Numbered from the stretch's first letter, positions 31,511 through 42,042 are shown. The stretch: 45,718 nt of DNA from Prasinococcaceae sp. CCMP 1430 (GCA_013416795.1 RQSC01001375.1:1-45718); one strand, 5' to 3'. The notes: a model not told the origin generated them from the sequence alone. Translations and numbers: made by a program.

Positions 31511-33187
31511 ATGGCGCGTGGGACGGTGCGAGCGGTGGCGGTGATGCTTGCGGCGTCGGCGGCGGCGATGGTGATGGACCGCGAGGGCTGGCTGGCCGCC
31601 GTGGGCGGCGCGCGCGACGCGCTAAACTTCAACAACAGCGCCACGAGCGGGGAAATCACGCTAGGGCCGCGCGCGCATGCGCGGCTGGGGCGCTTCGAGC
31701 TCGGCCGCACGCTGGGCGAGGGCGCCGCTGGCAAGGTGCGCTACGCCGTGGACTCGCAGGACCCGGCGCGGACGCCGTACGCCATCAAGGTGCTAGACAG
31801 AGAAGCGGTCGACAGGCAGGGCATGATGCCCTGCATCAAGCAGGAGATTCGTGTCATGCGCGCGCTCAGGCACCCGTGCATTGTCAGGCTGCACGAGGTG
31901 CTGGCGAGCCAGAAGAAGATATACCTGGTCATTGAGCTGGTCACCGGCGGCGAGCTGTACGATCGCGTCGCGCACGACGGCCATTTGAATGAGGTCAAGG
32001 TGAGGCGCTACTTGCAACAGCTCGTGGACGCCATCGACTACTGCCACTCAAAGGGAGTGTACCACAGGGACCTCAAGCCCGAGAACATCTTGCTGGATAC
32101 TTCATCCGATACCGTCAAAATCGCCGACTTCGGGCTGGCGGCGGTGGTAGACCCGCACGCGCCCGCGAAGGAGCGCATGCTGCGCACGCTCTGCGGCAGT
32201 CCGAATTACGTCGCCCCGGAGGTCCTGCGCGAGGAGTCGTACGACGGCGCAAAGGCTGACGTGTGGGCTCTGGGCGTGATCGCGTTCATGATGGTGTCTG
32301 GCAGGCTCCCTTTCCATTCCGAAAACATGCCAGAGCTCTACAGGCAGATCAACAAGGCCGAGTATCGCGTGCCAGGCTACGTGAGCAACGGCATGCGCTA
32401 CCTGCTACGGAAGGTATTGGAGCCTGATCCGTCGCTGCGCGCCACAATTGCCGAGGTGCGCAACGACCCGTGGTTCCTCAAAGGCGGCTATGTGCGACGC
32501 GAGCCGCTGCCAGACCCCTCGCAACTCAGGCGACTGCGGTCCCGCCCGCCAGCAGCCACCGCGGGCAGGATCTCGTCGCTCATGCACCAGGTGACCATCA
32601 GCGACGTCCCCCGCGTTGAGGAAGAGAAGTCGACCGCTTGGATATCGGTGGGCGGCCGTGACGGCTCTGCGTCGGACTCCGCAGCGACGAGTGACAGCAG
32701 CGAGCCTGGCACCCCTCGCGTGCGACGCGTCCACTCGCTCAATGCCTTCGAGCTGATCGCCATGGGGAGCATGGGGTTGGATCTGAGCGCAATGTTCGAA
32801 AAGAGAAAGGACGTTGTGGGACGCCACACGCGTTTCTGCGCAGAAGCGGGGGTTGAAGACATTCTGAGCGCCATCACGAGCGCCGCAAGCGACATTGGCG
32901 CGGTGGCGACCGACAGCAGCGACGACGCCGAGGAAGGCGGGGAGGCCGCCGCTGAGCTGCGCCTCGATTGGACGGGTGCGCGTGGCCCCGCTGCCATGCG
33001 CTGCGAGGTCTTCCGCCTCGCACCCGGCATCCACATGTGCGACTGCTGCCGCATTCGCGGCGACGGCTTCGAGGTGCACTCGATGTACACCAAGCTCGTG
33101 GTCGCGCTGGGCGACCTGGTGCTGAAGAACCGAGACGACGTCAGGGCCTTCGACTCGAACGTGCGCGTAGACCGACTGATCTCGTGA
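31511..33187 (+). CDS. CIPK: CBL-interacting protein kinase (SnRK3) with NAF domain, 558 aa; start uncertain
   Basis: Kinase motifs LGRTLGEG, HRDLKPEN, DFGL and CGSPNYVAPE, followed by the NAF motif LNAFELIAMGSMGLDLSAMF and a PPI-like RHTRF. Confidence 0.92.
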   Translation: MARGTVRAVAVMLAASAAAMVMDREGWLAAVGGARDALNFNNSATSGEITLGPRAHARLGRFELGRTLGEGAAGKVRYAVDSQDPARTPYAIKVLDREAVDRQGMMPCIKQEIRVMRALRHPCIVRLHEVLASQKKIYLVIELVTGGELYDRVAHDGHLNEVKVRRYLQQLVDAIDYCHSKGVYHRDLKPENILLDTSSDTVKIADFGLAAVVDPHAPAKERMLRTLCGSPNYVAPEVLREESYDGAKADVWALGVIAFMMVSGRLPFHSENMPELYRQINKAEYRVPGYVSNGMRYLLRKVLEPDPSLRATIAEVRNDPWFLKGGYVRREPLPDPSQLRRLRSRPPAATAGRISSLMHQVTISDVPRVEEEKSTAWISVGGRDGSASDSAATSDSSEPGTPRVRRVHSLNAFELIAMGSMGLDLSAMFEKRKDVVGRHTRFCAEAGVEDILSAITSAASDIGAVATDSSDDAEEGGEAAAELRLDWTGARGPAAMRCEVFRLAPGIHMCDCCRIRGDGFEVHSMYTKLVVALGDLVLKNRDDVRAFDSNVRVDRLIS

Positions 33188-33675
33188 TCGACCGCGCGGC
33201 GGCGCTCGGCCGCTCCTCGCGCTAAGTTTGTGAACATGGTCTGATGTAAACGTACTTTTGCGACTACGCCACTGGCGCCATTCTCAACTAGAAGATGGCG
33301 CTCGCCGCGGCAGAACATAGTGGCCGCGCGCCGTGGCCAGCGCTAACCCGTGCACGCGTGCGACGCGCCTTGGCATTCTTCGCAATAGTCATTCAACTGA
33401 AGACACTTTGATCGGCGCGCGGCCCCTTGTGCGCCATCTAGCTAGGTGCTTCTCTGCGCCCGCCCACTTGAATTGTCCTCTCTGCGTTTCGCCATCCCTT
33501 GTCGCTTCATCGCTCGCTCGGCGCTCGTAGCTTTTATCGCCTCTGCCTCTTGGGCACGGCGCCAATGCTAGACTGCTAGTACTTTGCAGTTGGGGCCTGA
33601 CGCTCATGCGCAGCCCATTGGGCTCCTGGCTACGTAAAAGACATACTTGGATCCTCATACTCGCAAACATGCGCG

Positions 33676-36600
33676 CTAGCCCTCCGACGGTTCGGGCTCC
33701 GAATCAGCCTCAGGCTGCTCAGCGTCGAGGTTGGAGTCCTCTGAGTCGAGGTCCCCGGGCTGGGCTTCTGGCTCCGCCTCGGGTGGGGGCGCTTCCTCAG
33801 CGGGCTCCTCTTCGGGCTCCGCCTCAGGTGGGGGCGCTTCCTCAACGGGCACTTCTTCGGGCTCCGCCTCTGGCGGGGCCACAGGCTCAGGAATGGGCTC
33901 GGATGGCGGCGGGGACTCGGGCTGAGGACCAGGTGGTTGTGGTACAGGTCCTTCCGTCGCCGGCACAGGCGCCGTCGTCATCGGCCCTTTCGTCAAAGGT
34001 CCAGGTTCGGGTGCAGTGTCCACTGGGCATGAGTCGACAGCGCAGCAATAGCAGTCGACCTTGCCGTCGCACGTGTCCTGCTGGCACTGGCCCTCGTACC
34101 ACACGCAGCCGTTGGGCACACAGTCAAAACACGAAGTGTAATCCCCACACTTGGGTGGTAACGGGCAGGTGCCTTCGCAGCAGTAGCAGTCGTCTTTGCC
34201 GTCGCACGTGTCCTGCTGGCACTGGCCGTTCCACCACACGCAGGCCTCCTGCGGCGTGCACTCGCCGCACGTCGTGTAGTCGGCGCAGACCGGCGCCGGG
34301 CAGGTGCCTTCGCAGCAGTAGCAGTCGTCTTTGCCGTCGCACGTGTCCTGCTGGCACTGGCCGTTCCACCACACGCAGGCCTCCTGCGGCGTGCACTCGC
34401 CGCACGTCGTGTAGTTGCTGCACGTGTCCGCGACACCACACGTGTTTGGATCGCTCTTGCAGTTCGGACTGTCTGCGCTGCATGGCCCGTCGCTGCACTT
34501 CCCGTCCGTGTAAACGCATCCCGCCCCTGTGCATTCAACGCACCCACTGGCGCCCAATTCGAGACGTGCTGTCAGAATGCTGCATTGGACACCACCGTCG
34601 CACTCCTCAATTGCTTGGTAACACTGTCCCTGCTCGGGCGCACACGGCCCGTCCTGGCAAAGTCCTTGCCACCACGAGCACGCCCCGTCGCCCAGGAAAG
34701 CACAGTCCTCACAAGTCAAGTAGGCCTCGCATCCGCTTGGCATCGGGCAGGTGTCGTAAGTCGTGCTACAACTCGTTTGAGAGGGTGTGCACCCACCCTC
34801 CTGGCAGGTCCCTGTCTCTGCGTCCCAGGAGCACCCGCTGCCTGCATCTTCCTCGCCGGGGTTGAGCTGGCGCACCGACTGTAGGGCCGTGGTACCGACG
34901 CAAGTACGACACTCGGTGCTCTGCGAACACAGAACAGGGCACATGTCGGGAGTGTCGTGGCACTGGACGCCTGTTACGTTGCACTCAGCGCCGGCCCTGC
35001 ACTCTCCAGTCGAAGGATACCAAGCGCATCCCAATGACGAGGCGGCACACGGAGTGCATGACGTATAGTCCTCGCATACGTCCTGCACAGGGCAGGTGCC
35101 AGGTGCCTGGTAGCAGGCCCCATCGTCTGGTCCGCAAGGCCCGCCCTGACACGTCGCGTTGCCTGTCCACTTGCAGCCGAGTCCTGCGCCCACGCACTGG
35201 CCGCAGTCGTAGATCAGAGCACACTCTACGGGGCACGCCACTGGACTTTCGCGGCATTGCACGTCCGGAGGGCAGGGACCTTGCTCACACGCACCGTCCA
35301 CCCATCGGCACCCTTGCTCACTCCCTGCGCAGCTGGGGCAGCTAGTGTGGTCTTCACACGCAACCACCGGGCACGCCATCCAGTCCGTGTAGCATGAGCT
35401 GTCCGACGCGCCACAAGGGGTGGACGAGCAGGTCTCGTTGACGCTGTGCCATGCGCAGCTTGTCGGCAAGGAAGGATCTGTGCACGATCCGCAGTCGTAG
35501 TGCTGGTCACATGGCTTGGCCGGGCACTCGAGGTCCGAGTCAGGACCCACGCAGCCAGGCAGGCCGTCACACTCCAAGCCGGGCTGGCAAGTTTGCGTCT
35601 CGCCGTCGTCTGTGTAGATGCAGCCGTCCAGATTCAAGCAAGTGTCACAGTCAAAGGCTGTGTTGCATGCGATGGCATCTGGGTCGGACGGGGGCCCATA
35701 CGCCGGGCAAAGCGCCGACTCGTCCGTGCACAGGCCCATACTCAGCGCCGTCGCAGAGCACGCGCCCACTTGGCACACACCAGAGATGTAGGAACATCCG
35801 GTGTCGCCGGCGGTGCAGGATTCGCAGTCGGTGTACGATGAGCAGACGCTGTCCGTGCAGACGTCTGCGTAGCAAATTTGCTCGCAAACTGTCTGACATA
35901 TGGTGGTGCAGTCATCATGTGGGCAATACGGACACTCAGCCACACATTTGGTGATGCACTGTGTGGAGCAATGCGGCACGCAGACGACTTCGTAGCAAGT
36001 GACGTCCGGGCACTCCTCGGGCGCGAAATAGCACCCGGAAATTCCTGGTGCGTCCGGTGCGCCCGGTGCCCCTGGTGCGCCTGGTGCGCCCGGTGCCCCT
36101 GGTGCGCCTGGTGCGCCTGGTGCGCCTGGTGCGCCTGGTGCGCCTGGTGCGCCTGGTGCGCCTGGTGCGCCTGGTGCGCCTGGTGTGCCTGGTGTGCCTA
36201 TGGCGCACTCCTCCACCGAGACGCAGCCTGGTGAGTCCTGCGCTATTGAGTATCCGCACCCGGGCGTGCGCACGCACTCGGCGCAATCCAAAACCTGATC
36301 GCAAGGGGGCGGACACGTCGAGGCGCTGTCGTGGCACGACGGCTGCTCGACGCCGCATTCCTGATCCTGACACACGCTCGCGATCCCGTCCCATGAGCAA
36401 TTCGACGAGGCTCTCGCGCACGAGAGGCAGTCCGTCCAGTCACCGCACACGGGCACGGGGCACTCGTCCTCATTGCCGTAGCAGGCGGTCTGGTCACTGC
36501 CACACGGGCCGTCCTGGCACGCGCCGTCATACCACGAGCAGTCAAGCTGCGAGGAGGCGCACGTGTCGCACGCGGTGTAGTCCTGACAGCTCGGTGCGGG

Positions 36601-37878
36601 GCATTCCTGCCCGCTGTCCTTGTCGTAGCATCCTTCCGTGTCCGCGTCGCACGGCCCTGCGCTGCAGATACCCTGATAGTAATTGCAGCCGCAGCAGCCG
36701 ATGGTTGCGTTGGCGCATGAGACGCAGCCGGTGATGTCGCCGCACTCTTTGACATCGCACGCCTGCGGGTCGCTGTAGCAGTCCTGCTCACCTTCAGAGC
36801 ACGCCCCGGCGTCCTGGCAAAGCCCCTGCCGCCATATGCAGGCAGAAGAGTTGCGTGCCGTGGTGCACGTGTAGCAGTCGGTGTGGACGTCGCACCCTTC
36901 TACCGGGCAAGTACCCTCTTCGCTGTAGCAGTCCAAGCCGTTGTCGCATACCCCGGGCTCGCAGGCACCCGACGACCAACGGCAACCCGCCGAGGAGGCC
37001 ACGCACGACTCGCATGCAAGGAAGTCCTTGCACACGTCCGGTTCGCATGTCTCCGGGATCGTGTGGCATTCGGTCTGCGTCGGCTTGCACGGGCCGGGTC
37101 GGCAGGCGCCCTCGAACCACCGGCACAAGAACGGAGTCACGCACGAGCCCGACGACGGCTCAAGGCACGGCACCGACCCGTTGGTGTTCGACGACGCGCA
37201 CGAGAAACAGTCGAGATAGTCGGAGCAGGCGGGCGGCGGGACGGGCGGTGCCTTGGTTGGCGGCTCGCACTCATTCGCATTGAAGGTCGTGTAGCACTCC
37301 TCGCCGACGAGCGGACACCCGACCCTGCACTCTCCGCCTTGCCACCCACACCCAAAAACTGCCGCACAGTCGGCGCACGCCGAGTATTGCGAGCAGTCGA
37401 GGTCCGGCGGGCACGCGCCGTTGTCGAATTGGCACGCTTCAACGTTGCACACGCTGTCACACTCGGAGTCAACCTCCCAGCCGGGCGCGCACCCAGGGGC
37501 GCAGCCATTCACGCATACGTAGCTATCCCATGCACAGGCGGGCGTGTTGCACTCCGGCTGGCACGTCGTATCGAGGCGGTACTCGGGCAGACACCCAATC
37601 TCACAGAGGCACGCGCCGAGGTCATAGCCACATGCGGAGGTGTCGCACGCGGGGTCACAAATCTCGCTGACGAGCAACTCGGTCGTGCACCCACCGCTCA
37701 TGCACTCCGCCAGGTTCTCAGGTGCCGGAGCGCCGGGCGGAACGACGACCGCGTGGGCACACCCTGGAGCGTTCGCCGCCAGCGCGCCCAGCAGTAGCAG
37801 CGCCGCCGCGAGCGGCGACGGTCCCGCCGCGCGCGACCGGATGCTCGCGCCGAGTGGATGCGAGCGCTCTGATGCCAT
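33676..37878 (-). CDS. Secreted Cys-rich modular protein, 1400 aa: signal peptide, 3 LNR-like repeats, 20 PSI-like repeats, a Gly-X-Pro segment and a Pro/Glu tail
   Basis: Single ORF with the hydrophobic leader PLAAALLLLGALAANA. LNR-like CDPACDTSACGYDLGAC units are followed by repeats of the form C-x5-C-x2-C...C-x-W...C. No TM segment is evident. Confidence 0.85.
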   Translation of the reverse strand: MASERSHPLGASIRSRAAGPSPLAAALLLLGALAANAPGCAHAVVVPPGAPAPENLAECMSGGCTTELLVSEICDPACDTSACGYDLGACLCEIGCLPEYRLDTTCQPECNTPACAWDSYVCVNGCAPGCAPGWEVDSECDSVCNVEACQFDNGACPPDLDCSQYSACADCAAVFGCGWQGGECRVGCPLVGEECYTTFNANECEPPTKAPPVPPPACSDYLDCFSCASSNTNGSVPCLEPSSGSCVTPFLCRWFEGACRPGPCKPTQTECHTIPETCEPDVCKDFLACESCVASSAGCRWSSGACEPGVCDNGLDCYSEEGTCPVEGCDVHTDCYTCTTARNSSACIWRQGLCQDAGACSEGEQDCYSDPQACDVKECGDITGCVSCANATIGCCGCNYYQGICSAGPCDADTEGCYDKDSGQECPAPSCQDYTACDTCASSQLDCSWYDGACQDGPCGSDQTACYGNEDECPVPVCGDWTDCLSCARASSNCSWDGIASVCQDQECGVEQPSCHDSASTCPPPCDQVLDCAECVRTPGCGYSIAQDSPGCVSVEECAIGTPGTPGAPGAPGAPGAPGAPGAPGAPGAPGAPGAPGAPGAPGAPGAPDAPGISGCYFAPEECPDVTCYEVVCVPHCSTQCITKCVAECPYCPHDDCTTICQTVCEQICYADVCTDSVCSSYTDCESCTAGDTGCSYISGVCQVGACSATALSMGLCTDESALCPAYGPPSDPDAIACNTAFDCDTCLNLDGCIYTDDGETQTCQPGLECDGLPGCVGPDSDLECPAKPCDQHYDCGSCTDPSLPTSCAWHSVNETCSSTPCGASDSSCYTDWMACPVVACEDHTSCPSCAGSEQGCRWVDGACEQGPCPPDVQCRESPVACPVECALIYDCGQCVGAGLGCKWTGNATCQGGPCGPDDGACYQAPGTCPVQDVCEDYTSCTPCAASSLGCAWYPSTGECRAGAECNVTGVQCHDTPDMCPVLCSQSTECRTCVGTTALQSVRQLNPGEEDAGSGCSWDAETGTCQEGGCTPSQTSCSTTYDTCPMPSGCEAYLTCEDCAFLGDGACSWWQGLCQDGPCAPEQGQCYQAIEECDGGVQCSILTARLELGASGCVECTGAGCVYTDGKCSDGPCSADSPNCKSDPNTCGVADTCSNYTTCGECTPQEACVWWNGQCQQDTCDGKDDCYCCEGTCPAPVCADYTTCGECTPQEACVWWNGQCQQDTCDGKDDCYCCEGTCPLPPKCGDYTSCFDCVPNGCVWYEGQCQQDTCDGKVDCYCCAVDSCPVDTAPEPGPLTKGPMTTAPVPATEGPVPQPPGPQPESPPPSEPIPEPVAPPEAEPEEVPVEEAPPPEAEPEEEPAEEAPPPEAEPEAQPGDLDSEDSNLDAEQPEADSEPEPSEG
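34163..34415. repeat. Two identical 118-nt copies (34163-34280 and 34298-34415), period 135 nt
   Basis: Compared base by base. A third diverged copy lies at about 34030-34145. Confidence 0.9.
36055..36198 (-). repeat. 9-nt coding minisatellite encoding 16 Gly-X-Pro triplets (2 GTP + 14 GAP)
   Basis: The plus strand reads (cctggtgcg)n with synonymous variants. Confidence 0.92.
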
Positions 37879-39009
37879 GGGCTCGGCGTCTCTCGGCTCA
37901 AGCACGCGATGTCCCGTTGATGCAGGCTCCGCCGCAGCCGCCGCGCAGCACGTCTGCTTGCTGCGCCCGCTGTGCCGCGCCCCGCTTGGCGCGCCCGTGC
38001 GCGCCGACGGGTGCGCTGCAGCATTGCGTGTGCGCATGCGTTTTCCCTGCGCGCGTCGCGAGCGCGCGCGCAGCAGCAGCGCGTCGCCGCGCGCACCGCT
38101 GACGCACGACCTGCCGTATCAAATCCTAACCACCAGCGCGCGTGCCCGCACAGCGCCGCGCCGAGATTTGCACGCGTGGCGCGCTGCCGGCGGCCCGCCG
38201 CCGCCGCAGCGCTGGCCAATTCAGGGCGCAAGCTCGCACGCATGCTCACGAACGCGCGCGCTCCCGCGCCCGCATGCGCGCACTCACACGTACGCGCACG
38301 CACGCACACCACAGTCACACACGGCGGCGGGCTCTCTCCCATGGGACCCGCCGCCGCCTCTCGTGTCGCGGAGGGCGCACGTTGCAACGTTGCACCCACA
38401 CGTTTGGCCCGCATCGTTGACTGAGCCCTGCGCGCGTCCCCACGTTGGCGGCCGTATCGGGCGCGATTCGCACCGGACAGCGAATTCGCACGAGCGATGT
38501 CAGTCCATCATTATTAGTTAGGGGCGTTGCTCGTACTCGTGGCGCCAAATCCGAATCGAGATTGGACTGCCCCGTTCGAGTTTTCACCTCCGTATCGAGA
38601 TCGTGGGCGTGCAGCTCCTTTCGTTTGATATGGCCATCAAAACGCACGTGCGCGAGCGCGCGCGCGCGCCCGGCGGCTCGGAGCGGCGGGCGGGAGGGGC
38701 GGAATTCGATTTGATGGGGGAGACTTCAAGGTCGCAGTGCGCACGAGGTATGACACGAACCCTAAAACCCGATAAATGCGCGGTGTTTGGTTTCGGTTAC
38801 GATCTTGCATCAAAATGCATAGGGGAGTGCGTCGCGCAGGCAAGGCTAGGTCGCAGTGCTCGCCGCTGCGGGTGTGCCACACCTCCTCCTCCGCAAGCCT
38901 CCCGCCTTCCCTCCCTGGCCTGGGCGCGTCGCGACCGCGCGGCCGCCCTCGCGCCGCGCGCCCCCTCAGGGGGCCTCCGGAGACCTCCGGAGGAGCGCCG
39001 GCCGTGCCC

Positions 39010-41166
39010 ATGGAGGAGGGTGAGATCGGCGGTGAGGGCGAGCGCGGGCGCGAGAGCGAGCGCCGCGGCGGGGAGTACTCGGCGCCGCCGCCGCGCCGGC
39101 GTAGCCCCGGGCGCGGCCGCGACCGCGAGCGTGACTACGGCTACGACCGGCGCGACCGCGGCTTCGATCGCGGCTTCGATCGCGGCTTCGATCGCGGCTT
39201 TGAGCGCGGCAGGGGCCGCGAACGGGACCGCGAACGCGAGCAGCGAGGGGCGCCGCGCACGGTGCGTTTCGCAGACGGCGGTGGTCGCGACGAAGGCGCG
39301 CGCACTGGGCCGCGGCGCGATGCCTCCTCCGCCGGCGCGAGAGAGGAGGCACCGCACGCCCGCGCATCCAGCGGCGGATCCGACTCAGATGATCCTGGCA
39401 GCGGGGGCGCGACGCCGCAATTGCTCGAGGACCAGGCCCTCGAGGAGGAGCGGCAGATCGCCGAGCGGCGGCGGCGGCGCGCGGAGATGATGGAGAGGCA
39501 TCGCGCCGCGCAGGCGGCTGCCGCACCCACAGCGACCGCCACCGGCTCTGCTGCTGCAACGCCGTCCACAACTGCCGGCGACGCGATGGCGCCCGCCGCA
39601 GGCCCAGTCCCCGCCGCTCCCCCCGCTCCCGCCCGCGACCCCGCCCAAGCCCCCCCCCCCACTGCAGGCGCTGCTCCGACCGAACCCGCTCCCTCGTCCG
39701 ACGACGAGGCTGACATGTTCGCCGACGACTTCGAGGAGACGGTCGCCGGTCGCGCAGCGGCCGCGGGCGGCGGGGTGGAGGGCCTGAAAGACTCGTGGGA
39801 TGACGCCGAGGGCTACTACAACTTTCGCGTGGGGGAAATGCTCGATGGACGCTACGAGGTGTACGCCAATTACGGCCGCGGCGTGTTCTCAACGGTGCTG
39901 CGCGCGCGCGATCTGGCCCCTGCCCAGCAGCAGGGGCAGCAGCAGCAGCAGCAAGAGCAGCCATCCGAGGTCGCCATCAAGGTGATCCGCGCGAACGAAA
40001 CGATGCGCAAGGCTGCACAGCTGGAGGTGGCCATCGTGCGCAAATTGGCTGGCGCAGACCCCGAGGGTCGCCGCCACTGCGTGCGGCTCTTGGCGCACTT
40101 TGAGCACCGCGAGCACACTTGCATGGTGTTCGAGCCGCTCGCGCGCAACCTGCGCGAAGTGCTCAAGAAGTTCGGACGCAACATCGGGCTAAACCTCGGC
40201 GCGGTGCGAGCGTACGCGCACCAGCTGCTCATCGCGCTGAAGCACATCTACAATTGCGGCGTCATCCATGCAGGTGCGCGACGCCGGCTGCCTCAGGCCC
40301 GCTGGCGGTGTGCCCGCGGTCCTGGCACCCTGACAGACGCGCAGGCACCCGCACAGGACTCTCGCATCGCTCGAAGCTGACTGTCGCGCCGCTCGCTCTC
40401 GCCAACAGATATCAAACCGGACAACGTGCTCGTCAACGAGCGCCACACCACGCTCAAGCTGTACGTCCGCGCGCGCCAGCGCAGCGCACGCTCTGCACCG
40501 CCGCGCCGCGCCTCATGCGCCGACCGCGCGCGCGAAGCGATGCAGCGCTGACCCCCCCCCCGCTCCTCCTCCGGGCGCCGCAGGGCCGACTTCGGGTCGG
40601 CGATGTTCGCTGGGCAAAACGAGCGCACGCCCTACCTCGCGTCGCGCTTCTACCGCGCGCCGGAGGTCATTTTGGGCATGGCGTACGGCGCGCCGCTCGA
40701 CATCTGGGCGACGGGCGCGTCGCTTTTTGAGCTGTACACGGGGCGCATCCTCTTTCCTGGTGCCAGCAACAACGCCATGCTCAGGCTCATGATTGAGCTC
40801 AAGGGACCGCCCTCCAAACGCATGCTGCGAAGCGGCATCTTCGCGGACAAGCACTTCGACCTCGAGACGGGCGCTTTCGGTGCGGTGGGCGAGGATCCGG
40901 TGACCAAGGAGACCGTGGTACGCATGATGCAGACCGTCAAGCGCAAGGACGACATCGCGCGGCGGATCAAGGCCGGCGGCGGCACGGACGAGGCCTCGCG
41001 CATGAGTCGTGCCTTCGCCGACCTGCTCGAGCGCATGCTCGTGCTCGACCCGGAGAAGCGCATCACGCCCGCCGAGGCGCTCAAGCACCCCTTCATCACG
41101 GGCGACCTCGGAGGAAGCGGCGCACCCGCCGGCGGTGGCGGCGGCGCCGGCGCGCACCACGGGTAG
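39010..41166 (+). CDS. PRP4K: Pre-mRNA splicing kinase PRP4, 632 aa; exons 39010-40273, 40409-40460 and 40584-41166
   Basis: RD/RE-rich N-terminus and motifs WDDAEGYY, GRGVFSTV, HA/DIKPDN, L/ADFGSA and TPYLASRFYRAPE. Two GT-AG introns restore the frame. Confidence 0.95.
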
Positions 41167-41622
41167 CTCGGACGGCGGCGCACGTACATTATTATTGCTC
41201 TTTTTTTTCCTGTTCCTTTTTTTTCGCGACGTTCGCGTCTGCCCCGCAGCAGGCGGAACCGCAGGAGCGGCAAAAAGTTTTGCAGGGGCAGGCGGCAGCC
41301 CGGCGTGCATTGAACGACGGGTGCGCTGACCTGGACAGGACTGGCGGTGCTGGCTGGCTGGCCGGTGCGCCTCGCCAGCCAGCCGGCGAGAGGAGCATCT
41401 GCCGTCCGACTGGCGCGAGTACCAGCCGGCGAGAGGAGGAACCTGCTGCCTGGCGCGTATGGAAGGGGCGCGCGTGCGGGCCGGTCTGTCTGTCTGTCTG
41501 TCCGTCTGCCTTTCGTCGTCGGCGGCGGCCGGCGGCGCGTGGCATGCGCGCATGCGCGCGTTCGGGGAACCGCGCGCGCCCACATGGCGTGTGATGGTGG
41601 GAAAGGCGGCACGCACGCCCCC

Positions 41623-41625
<3 letters not shown>

Positions 41626-41655
<30 letters not shown>
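41626..41655. repeat. C30 homopolymer (G30 on the minus strand)
   Basis: Read directly; the exact length may be unreliable. Confidence 0.85.
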
Positions 41656-42042
41656 AGGGCCTAAAATCCCTGCCATATGTTATGTAAGTGCTGCTGCCCG
41701 CAGGAGGAGCAAGGGACACCTCTTCGTTCAACTTGTTGGTGTGTTCATTTGGGGGGGGGGCGGGCGTGGCGGGCGCGTGTGCCAGTGCGCCTTCCTCGGT
41801 CGGGTGCCCGGCGGGCGGGCGCGGGGGCGCGCTCGGCCCGAAGACGCCTACCTCCTGCCTGCGCGCGCGCAGGGGCGCGGGAGCGATCGGGGGCGGCGGC
41901 GCAGGGGAAGGGGTGGGTGGGGGGTGGGGCGGCGAACGGGCCGGTGAGGCGAGGGGGCGCTGGCGCGCGCGGGCGCGGGCCCGGCGGGGAGAGGCACGAG
42001 GCGCAGCGAGACGTGGGCGATCGCGCCCGCCTCGCGCCCAAG

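Noticed and set aside
36055-36198. CRISPR-like or non-coding repeat array
   Set aside because: It is a spacerless 9-nt tandem repeat in frame within a CDS.
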